64,000 nt of DNA from Leidyana gryllorum EB-2025a (lineage: Eukaryota; Protista; Apicomplexa), in the NCBI GenBank assembly GCA_048772705.1, contig JBLWGC010000104.1, positions 372,001 through 436,000 of the forward strand, written 5' to 3'. The position numbers and the translations under genes are program-made. Positions 11,747 to 21,759 of the stretch are shown piece by piece. Position 1 is the first letter of the stretch. Each line of letters begins with the position of its first letter. Under the pieces are notes generated by a model that saw only the letters and a list, made by a program, of their open reading frames with translations, had not been told where the DNA came from and did no database searches.

Positions 11747-12871
11747 ATGACCTTCGTCGCCCTCGTTACTGGAGGCAATAAAGGGTGAGGTTGAGGAGTG
11801 TACCGAATTGAACCAGTGACCAGAATTGGCTATGAATTGGTCAAAAGGCTCGCTCAACACATAGTGGACAAAAGAAATGGCGATGGAGTGGTGTATCTGG
11901 GATCTCGAGATGCCACCAGAGGCGAGACTGCTGCTACTGAGATCAACCAGTTGCTGGGAAAGTCGCTCGTCAAGCCCCTTGTCTTAGTGAGACACGTGTG
12001 TGCACCCATCGAACATTCAGCGGTCAGGATGTGGACACACGGGAATCGGTCGTGAGAGCTGCAGAGGAGATCAAAAAGGATCACAGTGGTTTGGACGTCT
12101 TGGCATGCAATGCGGGCTGGGCGCCGAAAGCCCATGAAAATCCCGAGGATAATCCGGAAATCATGACCAAGACCTTCAAGACCAACTACTATGGTGTTCG
12201 GTATTGTATTGACGCTTTCCTGAGCACAATGCGGCGAGGTGGACGCGTTGTTGTGACCTCGTCCTGCGCAGGAGAATCCACCTGGACGGCCAGCAGTCCG
12301 GAGAGTCAGAATCGGCTGAGAGAAATAACTACGTTGGCCGAGCTCGACGAACTGGCTGAGGAGCTCACTAAGTGAGTGCGCACAATGACGACGGCCGATC
12401 ACCCCGATTGTTGCAGATATGCGGAGAGTAAGTCTTTCAAAGCCCATGGCTGGCCTGTGTCTGCTTATGGACTCTCGAAACTGCTGGGTGAGCGATATGC
12501 TCGGGGGGATCTTGAGAGATCCCCCTCGCGGTAACGCCTCTGTCATCACTATTTATTGCGCCTAGTCACTAAACTGTGTACAATCTATGGACAATTCGCC
12601 TTGGATGGCGTCTTGGTGGTCAGTGTGCATCCAGGTGGGCAAAGACAGTCTAAGACGGGTGACTAATATGTGCAGGCTGGTGTAAATCGGATATGGCTGG
12701 TTGGGAGAGGCCTCCCCTCACGTCGGGCGAAGGGGTGAGTACAACATTACGTGGTGTTGCAACTTTCGTCGTTAGGCTGACCGACTATTTCACGCTTGCA
12801 CCATGCTGAGCCCCGCTGATACCAAACAGGGTTCGTATTTCGCCGATTTTGAAAACAAGTCGTATATGTGA
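11747..12871 (+). CDS. Carbonyl reductase (NADPH), CBR1-like SDR, multi-exon
   Basis: VALVTGGNKGIG, LGSRD, GLDVLACNAG, TNYYG, RVVVTSS, WPVSAYGLSK and VHPGWCKSDM. Confidence 0.9.
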
Positions 12872-12975
12872 CCACACTGTGACCACTGGTGCATGTTACA
12901 TGGAGTGTTTGCACGCTTGCACCCCACAGCGAATCTTAGCTTTCAACTGAGCCTTTCATTTCAACTTCGATCGAA

Positions 12976-13800
12976 ATGCGTCTTTCTGTCCTCCTTATCG
13001 CTGCCGCTATCGGCGTTGCCTCTGCTGAGCTCGAGCCCAAGTCTCAGGTCGCCACCTGTGTCACTGTGGACAGCGGTGACGACGATGAGGGTGAAGAAGA
13101 CCGACGTATGGCTGAAGGAGATGAGAAGCCCGATTGCTGTCCCAAGGACGAGTGCAAGTCTCCCATGGACAACGAGGACGACATCGAGGCCTGTCTCGCC
13201 GCCATCCCTCCTGAGTGCCACTTGAAGATTGAGGAGACCTACGAAATCCAGGACGAGGAGGACTCCTTCTGCCAGTCTGACGACACTCTTATGATGAAGA
13301 ACCCCTTCGCTGGTGAGGACATGGAGGTCAGCAGCATCGTCATCGAGGATGTTTTGGAGGAGGGCTGTGATCCCGATAAGATGCACGGCGAAGTCAAGAG
13401 CGACCTCTCCATCGACACGGAGCAGTGTGAGGCCCCTGAAGATCTCGCCGATAAGGCCCCTGAGGGTGTTGAAGCTGAGGGCAAGAACCTTGTCGTCAAG
13501 CCCGATACCCTTAAGGGTGCTGAGGAGGGTCTGGTCATCAGCTTCGCTGAGCCCGCGACTCCCGGCGCCGACAGACGTCTCCAGGAGGGCGGCTGCAAGC
13601 TCGGTGACGCCAAGGTCGTCATCACCACCGTCACTGAGAAGCCCGGTGTCTTGGGCGAGTCCTCTACCGAAGCCTCTGACGAGGAGACCACCAAGCCCGG
13701 CGAAACTACCAAGCCCGGCGAAACTACCACCAAGAAGAGCGGTGTTGCTCCCCTGGTTGCCCTTTCTGGCGCTGCTGTCCTCACCACTATGCTTCTGTAG
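12976..13800 (+). CDS. Secreted acidic Cys-containing surface protein, likely GPI-anchored
   Basis: N-terminal signal peptide, Thr-rich stalk (ETTKPG repeats) and a C-terminal small-residue plus hydrophobic tail (SGVAPLVALSGAAVLTTMLL). Strong C/G-ending codon bias. Confidence 0.8.
   Translation: MRLSVLLIAAAIGVASAELEPKSQVATCVTVDSGDDDEGEEDRRMAEGDEKPDCCPKDECKSPMDNEDDIEACLAAIPPECHLKIEETYEIQDEEDSFCQSDDTLMMKNPFAGEDMEVSSIVIEDVLEEGCDPDKMHGEVKSDLSIDTEQCEAPEDLADKAPEGVEAEGKNLVVKPDTLKGAEEGLVISFAEPATPGADRRLQEGGCKLGDAKVVITTVTEKPGVLGESSTEASDEETTKPGETTKPGETTTKKSGVAPLVALSGAAVLTTMLL
13690..13725 (+). repeat. 18-bp tandem repeat x2 (ACCAAGCCCGGCGAAACT) encoding TKPGET
   Basis: Direct inspection. Confidence 0.85.
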
Positions 13801-14072
13801 AGAAGGGAGACGGAAGGAAGATCAGTTTTTTCTTTTCTGAGTGATTTTGCTATCCCTTCGGATAGATAGATTGCGTGATTGATAAACAACTTCAGCGTGC
13901 CGTTATCGTTGTTCTCTACATCACTTTGTCACTTTCAGTATCTTCGAGTGGGCATTCCCCACAAATGCTAAGCCTAAGCCGTGCTCGCGGAGTCGCCATC
14001 TGGGGTCGGCAGATTAGATCATCATCAGACACAAAAGCAAAAGTCTTCACTTCTTGTCTGCCTCCGTCTCAC

Positions 14073-15740
14073 TCAGCACACTCCGAATCGTCCGAGGTAC
14101 ACTCCGGCTGGTCTACTTCTCAGAGCAATGAGGCCGTCGGGCCGTATGTAATAAAGTGCACTACTGTCGTTGCCTACGCATAGTTCGCGGGCGAGCAGTA
14201 TGTCAGAAGGAACGACAACCGTTCCTCGTTTAGTCGCGGGTTTCACAAAGGCATCGGTCCACTCGCAGAAGGTTATACGCAGAAAGCTCGTGGGAAGCAA
14301 TTGAAACGGTTCAGGCGGATGCATTTTTGTAACCATCTTATCGAAGGCCTGACTGTCGACAGCCTCCTGTCCCACTCCGTCGATATATATCCACATCCCG
14401 CGATTAAAGGGTTTGAGAGTGGAGAGCCATTGCTCGTCGTCATCGGCTCGTCTCACCAGAAGGTTCGGGAAACGACAGCCAATTGGGGTATTGCATTTCG
14501 ACCACTTTGAGTCCATACCTCTCCACATCTCCCAGCCCCCAAACGCGTCTTGCGGCCGTAGGGTCGCTTGGTACAAAGCTCGCACGAATTTCATTCTCAA
14601 CGGCCAGCAGAACGGTTTCAGCACTCCCATCAGACAGCTCATCACCATCACTTGAAATGGCGTTCGTGTGTTGAACATATTCCGACTCCGAGCAGTCATC
14701 TTCAAGATATCTTGAGCCACCGGCGCCCGTTCCGGGTAATAAGAATCGAGCACTGAGGGGTTCGTGTTGTACTTGAGGACGGAGCCAAGTTTCCACACCA
14801 GGTTCATAGCATCTTGATAGCCAGTATTCAGTCCCTGCCCGCCGGCCGGACTGTGAACGTGCGCAGCGTCACCCGCCAAGAAGACGTTTCCAACGCGATA
14901 TTGAGATGCTATACGAAAGTTAAGCACCAGACGGTGACACCACACAAACTCAGCAGTCGAGTAATCTTCCCCTCCCCTTCTCTTCACCTCTTCAGCAAAC
15001 AGCTGAGTAGAGGGGTGGGTAGTGGTGTCGAACGGGCAGCTCTTGCTGTCAGGCCATCCGCACACCAACCGTTTTAGACAGTCACCAATTGGCATCTCCA
15101 TACAGGGCCCATTCGCGTTGTGGAACACTCTAAAGAGACCCTCGCCGGGGCCATTGGTCTTGACATCGGCCAGCCAAACGACCGACTTGTCCGTATAGCC
15201 ATCGAAAGTAACGCCCACCGCCTTGCGTACGCTACTGTGACCGCCATCCGCACCTATCAGATACTTGGATCTAATTTCCAAACCACCTCCGGTCGTCTTG
15301 TCCAAACATTGAGTGATCACTCCTCCTTCTTCTTGTTTGAGGGAAACAAATTCAACGCCCGCTCGGTAATCTCCTCCTGCATTCAGGTAACGTTGACGAC
15401 ATATTTCCTCTTGTTTAGACTGCGCCAACATCAGAACGCTTTCTCGCATGTCGTTAACGCCGGAAAAGAAACCATCCCACATATGTGTTCTGGTCGGAAA
15501 TACGTGGCAAAAACCGCGTACGTTCGTTGCGATGCATCGCACTTGATCTCCAAGTCCCTCAATCGAGTCGAAAAGCTCCATTGTTCGAGGTGTGATACCG
15601 AATGCGCGCGAATAGCCCTCGCGCGCCAATGATTTCTCGATCAAAATCACATTCACATCATAGTATCGCTTCAGCAAATAAGCACTCAGCAGACCTACTG
15701 GTCCTCCGCCAACGATCAACACGTCGCACTCACACGACAT
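14073..15740 (-). CDS. FAD-dependent aromatic monooxygenase (FAD_binding_3; PheA/TfdB-like), intronless
   Basis: DVLIVGGGPVGL, YLIGADGGHSSVRK, VFLAGDAAHVHSPAGGQGLNTGYQDAMNLVWKL, LDSY..ER and IRPDG. Confidence 0.92.
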   Translation of the reverse strand: MSCECDVLIVGGGPVGLLSAYLLKRYYDVNVILIEKSLAREGYSRAFGITPRTMELFDSIEGLGDQVRCIATNVRGFCHVFPTRTHMWDGFFSGVNDMRESVLMLAQSKQEEICRQRYLNAGGDYRAGVEFVSLKQEEGGVITQCLDKTTGGGLEIRSKYLIGADGGHSSVRKAVGVTFDGYTDKSVVWLADVKTNGPGEGLFRVFHNANGPCMEMPIGDCLKRLVCGWPDSKSCPFDTTTHPSTQLFAEEVKRRGGEDYSTAEFVWCHRLVLNFRIASQYRVGNVFLAGDAAHVHSPAGGQGLNTGYQDAMNLVWKLGSVLKYNTNPSVLDSYYPERAPVAQDILKMTARSRNMFNTRTPFQVMVMSCLMGVLKPFCWPLRMKFVRALYQATLRPQDAFGGWEMWRGMDSKWSKCNTPIGCRFPNLLVRRADDDEQWLSTLKPFNRGMWIYIDGVGQEAVDSQAFDKMVTKMHPPEPFQLLPTSFLRITFCEWTDAFVKPATKRGTVVVPSDILLARELCVGNDSSALYYIRPDGLIALRSRPAGVYLGRFGVC

Positions 15741-16083
15741 CGCCAATTGTGTACAAGTGTAGATTAAGCAGATGAATGAATACACACACTCTCTCTAACT
15801 AGCAGAATTTAATCCCACACGCACGCGACAAACACTGCGTGTGCCTCAATGATCTATTGACCACAATGTCGCTTGGGCTTTGATGGTCAGCTTTATATTA
15901 TTTCCCAGCACGCATAGGTGACACAGCAGTCTCCAGCTAACCTCACTCTGCTCCATTGACTCGCACATTCACCCCTACTTGCTCATCAAGTTTGTTCGTA
16001 TTGGTGTTTTCATCAAAGGAACAGTTAATTGAAGTCACTTTCGAGAAAAAAAGGTGTCACAGAAGTTGGTTTGGTGCCATAAC

Positions 16084-17562
16084 ATGACGACGGAAATCCC
16101 AGCTTCACCCACTGTGACCGATCACGACCCTGACTTCTCACCTAATGCTCAGTCAGCAGCACCTCTCCTCCGGCTCGATAGCGCTGCTGGAAGTCGATCC
16201 ACGGGAAGCGACATGTCCCCTGCACACGCCATCCGGACTCCGGGCAACAAATACACCCTTGGAGTACACTCGGAATATGGAAAACTCAATGCGGTCATCA
16301 TCTGCAAACCAGGATTGGCCCATGCCCGCCTGACCCCCGCTAATTGCGATCATTTTTTGTTCGATGAGCTATTGTGGGTCGAGCGCGCTGAACAAGATCA
16401 TGCTTACTTTGTTGCGCAAATCGCCAAAAGAGGTGTTGAGGTATTCGAGTTCCAGGATCTATTAGCCGAGACATTTTCACACGCCCCCGAGGCTGTTGAC
16501 TGGATCCTTCACAGACGTTTACGAAAGAACCATAATTCTACAGAACTCGTTGAGGTGAGCCCCGAGACGCACGCGCACACACATGTGTGGTTTGCAAGTT
16601 TGTGTGCCTCACCGACTACTGTATTCTTGTAGGGACTTGATAGGTGGTTACGCCGCAGAAGTCCCCAGGAACTTGCTGAACGTTTAATTGGTGGAATCGT
16701 CAAGTTCGAAGTAGATGGTGACGAGGACTTCGGTCCTTTGACTTCAGGCTTCAGCGACAACGCATTCTACCTGGATCCGCTGCCCAATACGATATTTCAA
16801 CGTGACAGTTCCGCCTGGTTATATGACGGAGTTGTCTTGAACAAGATGTTTGCACCCACTAGACGCCAAGAGTCGGCTATGTTGGAGTGCATTTACAGGT
16901 TTCATCCGATGTTTGCTGGCCGAGTCGGCTTTTGGTGGGGCGACAAGCCCGAAGATCAAGAAGATCCGTCAACAACATTCGAAGGCGGAGACATCATGCC
17001 TGCTGGAAACGGAGTAGTTCTGATAGGTCTATCTCAGCGCACGACTCGGAGCGCTGTATGCGAGTTGGCCCCACGCATCCTAGGAAAAGCAGGAGGAGCC
17101 CAGCGAATTGTGGGGTGTCATATGCCCAGGGGAAGGGCAATCATGCATTTAGACACCGTCTTCACATTCATCGACCGCGATTTGGTCACATTTTACCCGG
17201 AGGTCATTGACAAGATAAAGTGCGAATCATTCACGCTGGACAGCGAGACCGGGGAAATTCGGACAGAGATGCACTCCGAGCATATGCTGGACGTTGTTCG
17301 GGAAGTGTTGAACTGTCCCGAACTGAAAGGCGTACCCACCGGAGGCAATGTGTTTGAACGGGAGCGCGAGCAGTGGGATGACGCGAACAATGTGTTCGTC
17401 TTATCTCCTAGAGTGGTCGTGGCTTATGACCGGAATGTCAAGACCAATGCCGCGTTGCGAGCACATGGTGTGGAGGTGATTGAGATTCCAGGCTCGGAGC
17501 TTGGCCGAGGACGTGGCGGTGCGCACTGTATGACTTGCCCAATAAGTAGGGACCCCGCGTAG
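16084..17562 (+). CDS. arcA: Arginine deiminase, 2 exons (intron 16555-16631)
   Basis: [48 protein letters not shown] and [23 protein letters not shown]...TTGTAG intron joins the two ORFs in frame. Confidence 0.95.
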
Positions 17563-17822
17563 TCGCTTTCTGTGTTTGTGCTTTGCGTCTTCGTGATGTG
17601 ATGATGCGTTTGAGAAGTACAAACCATGCGATGGTCGAAGACGTTGTTGTTGTTGTTGTTCGGCCTTGCTGTAAGCGTTGATCAAAAAATCAAGATCCAG
17701 AGGCGTAAACTATGGAGGATATCGATCAGCCAGGCCCACACTGCCAGGACGTGTCCCATAACCTGATGGTAGAGCAAGTTGTGCCACTATTTGGGCACTT
17801 AGCTTGGCGGAATGACACAGGT

Positions 17823-18758
17823 TCAACTCACCAACCATAGTGTGGGGCACATTTTCCGCACCGTTTCTACCATCTGATCATCAGAGTGCTCCAATGAGGC
17901 GAGAAGACTCAGACCGCCTGTCAAAGTTCGGGAGAAGAAGAGATCGGGAAATGATTGGAAAAGAAAGTCCACCATGGTATATTGATTGGCAGCAACCGCG
18001 TAGTGGACAACCGAGGAGCCTCCAAAGTCCAGGCATTGCCGGAGCGGGATTGTGTAGGTGGCACGGTGTAATGCCTTGAACACATGTAGGAACCCCAATT
18101 GAGCAGCGAGATGGATCGGCATAGTGCCTGCAGAGAAGCTTTGTCCGGTCGCCAGGGCGGGAAAGTTAGTCAACAACCACTCCACAACGTCGACATTGCC
18201 CGATGTGACAGCAGCGTGAAGCACATTGAGTCCATCAAAGTCAGTTCGCTCGAAGAGAGTGGTCCTTCCCATAGTCGCGAGTGCCCGGAGCACCTCTAAA
18301 TGCCCTGCTGCAGCAGCTATATGTGGGAGGGTAACACCTCCGTTTGTTCGGCTGACGAGAAGTTGAAGGTCCGCTTTGAGCAGACTCGTGACCATCTCGG
18401 TTCGGCCATCACGTACTGCGTAGCCAATGGCCGACATTCCCTCAATGTCTGTCTCATAGAGCAAAGTGCGTCCGCCCTTTTTCAGAACCCATTCCAGGAC
18501 GGCGACCTTTCCACTCTCCACGGCAGCGTGTAAAGGAGTGGATCCGTCATCGGCCGATATCGTCATCAACACGGGGTATTCTTCGCACAAAACCTCAACC
18601 ACCGATAGAGCTCCGGCTTTGAGGGCTGTGCATAGCACAGTCTCGCCAGTCTCAGAGTGTACAATCAGATTGTTGCTTTCGCTCAGGACGGGCCGCAGGG
18701 CGGCAACATTATCGTTCTCTGCGGCCAGTTGTAAGGAGCATTTGGGCTTTGTGAGCAA
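17823..18758 (-). CDS. Ankyrin-repeat protein (start uncertain)
   Basis: About 8 repeats of the GxTPLHxAA..G type. There is no in-frame ATG at the ORF start, so an upstream exon is probable. Confidence 0.8.
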   Translation of the reverse strand: MLTKPKCSLQLAAENDNVAALRPVLSESNNLIVHSETGETVLCTALKAGALSVVEVLCEEYPVLMTISADDGSTPLHAAVESGKVAVLEWVLKKGGRTLLYETDIEGMSAIGYAVRDGRTEMVTSLLKADLQLLVSRTNGGVTLPHIAAAAGHLEVLRALATMGRTTLFERTDFDGLNVLHAAVTSGNVDVVEWLLTNFPALATGQSFSAGTMPIHLAAQLGFLHVFKALHRATYTIPLRQCLDFGGSSVVHYAVAANQYTMVDFLFQSFPDLFFSRTLTGGLSLLASLEHSDDQMVETVRKMCPTLWLVS

Positions 18759-18947
18759 AATAGATCAACAAGTGGAACTGTCGTACCCTGAAGAAGTCGA
18801 GTGTTACGGCTAGAGTTGACGAGAGAAAGTCTCACCGAGTCATATGATTACACCTCAGTTGCGAGACTTTTATCTTTCAACTGAGGCGACAACTTTATTG
18901 GTTCAAAATCACATTACGCTAATGATCGGAGCCCGTCACTCACACGA

Positions 18948-19856
18948 ATGATTCACGTACTCGATGGTCCCCTACTGACGTCGGAGGCACAATCCTCAAC
19001 AGAGACTCTGGAGACGTCGCTGCCAACACCTCCACCTCCACCGGTCCAGCATTGTTTGGAGACACCACGGGTCGATGGGTGTGGTACATCTGGAGTACAG
19101 AGGTGTACTGCCGTGTTGTTCCCTTCGGACAGCGTTTTCGTGGACGCCATAATCGCTGATGATGTCATGCAGATGGGCGATCTATTCCACAGATGTCGAG
19201 AGAAGGGCCGGTGTCCGGCGGAAGCATTCCACCCCATGCATCTGGCAGCTCAGCATGGAGCTCTCAAGTCGCTGATGCAGTTAGTTTGTTGGGGACTCGA
19301 CCCAGTCTACAGTTTGAACGAGCGGGGATACACACCTCTAATGGAAGCCGTGGCTCACGGGCGAGTGGAGTGTGTGAGATTCTTGTGTCAGCATTACGGA
19401 GAAGGAGCCATCAGCGTGGTGGAGCGTGATGGGTTCTGTGCACTTGGGATCGCTGCTCAAACAGGTCACATTGATTGTTTCAGACTGCTGATCCAACACG
19501 GTGCCGATCCTCTGCTGACACGTGACAAGACGGGAAGCTCAGTTTTTGTCATGGCGGCAGCAGCCAATCAAACTTCTATCCTCAAATATATTCATCAGTC
19601 TCATCCCGAGGTGGAGTGGCTGAGAACAGATGACAATCTCTCGGCATTGGAGGTGGCCATAGTGAATCGGTCTCATGATGCCGTGGCGCTGTTGGGCGAC
19701 TGGCAATCGAAAAAATCAATGGCCATGGGATCTCCGATTCTGTGGGTGGAGAGACGCCTATTAGCATTTTTGTATCTATGGTGGTGGACTCTCCTAATGC
19801 AACCTCTGTCGCGGTGTTTGTCTCGGTTGAATAGTAACCATCACATCTCTCGCTAA
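18948..19856 (+). CDS. Ankyrin-repeat protein with hydrophobic C-terminal segment
   Basis: HPMHLAAQHG, GYTPLMEAVAHG and ALGIAAQTGH repeats; LLAFLYLWWWTLLM tail. Confidence 0.85.
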   Translation: MIHVLDGPLLTSEAQSSTETLETSLPTPPPPPVQHCLETPRVDGCGTSGVQRCTAVLFPSDSVFVDAIIADDVMQMGDLFHRCREKGRCPAEAFHPMHLAAQHGALKSLMQLVCWGLDPVYSLNERGYTPLMEAVAHGRVECVRFLCQHYGEGAISVVERDGFCALGIAAQTGHIDCFRLLIQHGADPLLTRDKTGSSVFVMAAAANQTSILKYIHQSHPEVEWLRTDDNLSALEVAIVNRSHDAVALLGDWQSKKSMAMGSPILWVERRLLAFLYLWWWTLLMQPLSRCLSRLNSNHHISR

Positions 19857-19914
19857 GTATCGCAAAAGTGAGAGATCGATTAGATCCCGTCTCTGTCTAG
19901 ATGTTTGATCCGTC

Positions 19915-21441
19915 TCATGGGGCGATCTTCGCCCACGAGACTTGGGCTACTGCGAGGCTCGATATGAGAGTAAAATCTAATTGGTGATGTCCCTGTCCTT
20001 CAACGTTGTATATGGCCGACAGGACTGTCTTGGTGCTGCCGTCTTGGATGGTCATCGTTTGGATGCCACACTTGACAAACGTCCCGAATGATCTGCCAAT
20101 CGGTACCATGAGTGTGTGTGCAGCTTCGATCGCGTTGAGTGAATTCTGTTGATCTGTGGTGGAGCGATTTGGGGCGCTTATGAAATCCGTGTCGCAAATG
20201 AAAGTCCAGGAATGGGTCGGTCTCTTGTGGGGCGTGATCGGCGAGAAAGAGTAGCTTTCGACATTTATGCTCTCCCCGCAGCTGATACGCAGTACATCAT
20301 GCGATGTCTTGGACTCACACACCACATAGTATGTCATACTGCGTCCCTGGTGTATGCTGAGAGAGCATTTCTGCGATCGACTGTGATGAGTGCGTGTGGG
20401 CTTGTGTCTGCGAAGCCACCTGTCGAGTTTGGGTGTCCAAAATTCCTTTTGCTCGGCGCTCGCCTGCTCCAGTGCCTGGGCTATGACGCTTTGCGCTCGT
20501 TTGCTATCCTCCTTGGACGACCTCTTTGGCAGTCTCCTGACCGAGGGACACGGGAGGTTGACGTCTGGGAGTTCCAGGTTGCCGAGAACAATCTGCTCTT
20601 CTGTGGACGGGGCCTCAACGTGCTGACGGCGCTCAGCTAATGCGATAGCCTTTCTCGCCTTTGTCACTTGATACAACGACACCTGTATCACCTTGGAGAC
20701 ACTATCGATCACAACCCGGAGCTCGTGATTCGTATTGTACCGAGCGGCGACGGTGTACTCATTTCGTCTAACGGAGTGATATGTGTGGCAAAGATCCAAT
20801 TGGCTTCGGTGCTGCACAGCTATCGATTGCATTCCGCCGACTTCTCTGAGGATCGGAAGAGCCCCGACAACGATGTTGGCTCTCAAATGATTATCGTTGA
20901 TGTCAATCTCATCTTTGATGACGTATTTTTTGGTCCGAAGGAGGCGCAGGTCATCCTCATCTGAGATCTTCTGAACGGGAATCTGTTCCAATTGATCACT
21001 CCCTTTGTCCATCCATACTATGCCTATCAGTTTGTCGCCCTCAAAGCTCTCTGCAAAAAGTCGTTTGCCCTCAACCCGGAAGAATTGTGTCATCCACCGC
21101 CCCACTCGGTGTTCCCTCTCCGGCAATATGCTTTTGTCCCAACCCTCCAAGCGCTCTCTCCACCAGCATTTGATCTTCTCGTCCTGTTGATTCTCTATCG
21201 TTCGGATGTACTTCCGTCGACTGCCTAGCGTTATGCCTCGGGAGACGGGTACGAGACTGAAGTCTGGGAGGCTGCGCCAGATTCGATTGAGAGCGACCGC
21301 ATTGGAGATGCATTCTCGCGATGCAACCAGCGCTGCCATCTCCCGTCCACTCAAAGGACAGAGCAACGGGTGAAAGAGACTTCGAGAAGGGCATATGGGG
21401 CCCCTCCGCTGTTTGAGCACACGAGAGACTCTCTCTGTCAT
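19915..21441 (-). CDS. Orphan protein with 2 copies of an unrecognised repeated domain (array gene A)
   Basis: 508-aa intronless ORF whose two halves share a W..L..W helix followed by beta-strand patterns. Confidence 0.7.
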   Translation of the reverse strand: MTERVSRVLKQRRGPICPSRSLFHPLLCPLSGREMAALVASRECISNAVALNRIWRSLPDFSLVPVSRGITLGSRRKYIRTIENQQDEKIKCWWRERLEGWDKSILPEREHRVGRWMTQFFRVEGKRLFAESFEGDKLIGIVWMDKGSDQLEQIPVQKISDEDDLRLLRTKKYVIKDEIDINDNHLRANIVVGALPILREVGGMQSIAVQHRSQLDLCHTYHSVRRNEYTVAARYNTNHELRVVIDSVSKVIQVSLYQVTKARKAIALAERRQHVEAPSTEEQIVLGNLELPDVNLPCPSVRRLPKRSSKEDSKRAQSVIAQALEQASAEQKEFWTPKLDRWLRRHKPTRTHHSRSQKCSLSIHQGRSMTYYVVCESKTSHDVLRISCGESINVESYSFSPITPHKRPTHSWTFICDTDFISAPNRSTTDQQNSLNAIEAAHTLMVPIGRSFGTFVKCGIQTMTIQDGSTKTVLSAIYNVEGQGHHQLDFTLISSLAVAQVSWAKIAP

Positions 21442-21759
21442 ACCATCGACCTGCCAACTAAAAACCGATGTTGGTCAAAATTTTTCGGTACTCGACGCCG
21501 CACCGCCGATGATGGCTGTGTGACCGAAATCTGACGTTCTGCGGGCGCAGTTCTTATCAATTGCTACCGGCTGGATGCAATTCAACAGCTGACTGATCTA
21601 TTGTTCGCTGATCTGTCGTTCAGGTTGATGGATCTAATTCTCCTCGTGGCCAACAACAGTGATGAAAGTTTACTGTACACTGAACATAAAGGGGATTCTC
21701 TCGTCTGTCCACTTTGCTGCTTGCGTGTGTTCGTGCGTGTCCTCACAGTGGAGTTTCCT

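Noticed and set aside
14073-17562. Bacterial contamination explaining the monooxygenase and arginine deiminase
   Set aside because: ADI has a canonical spliceosomal intron, and both genes are contiguous with clearly eukaryotic genes of similar composition.
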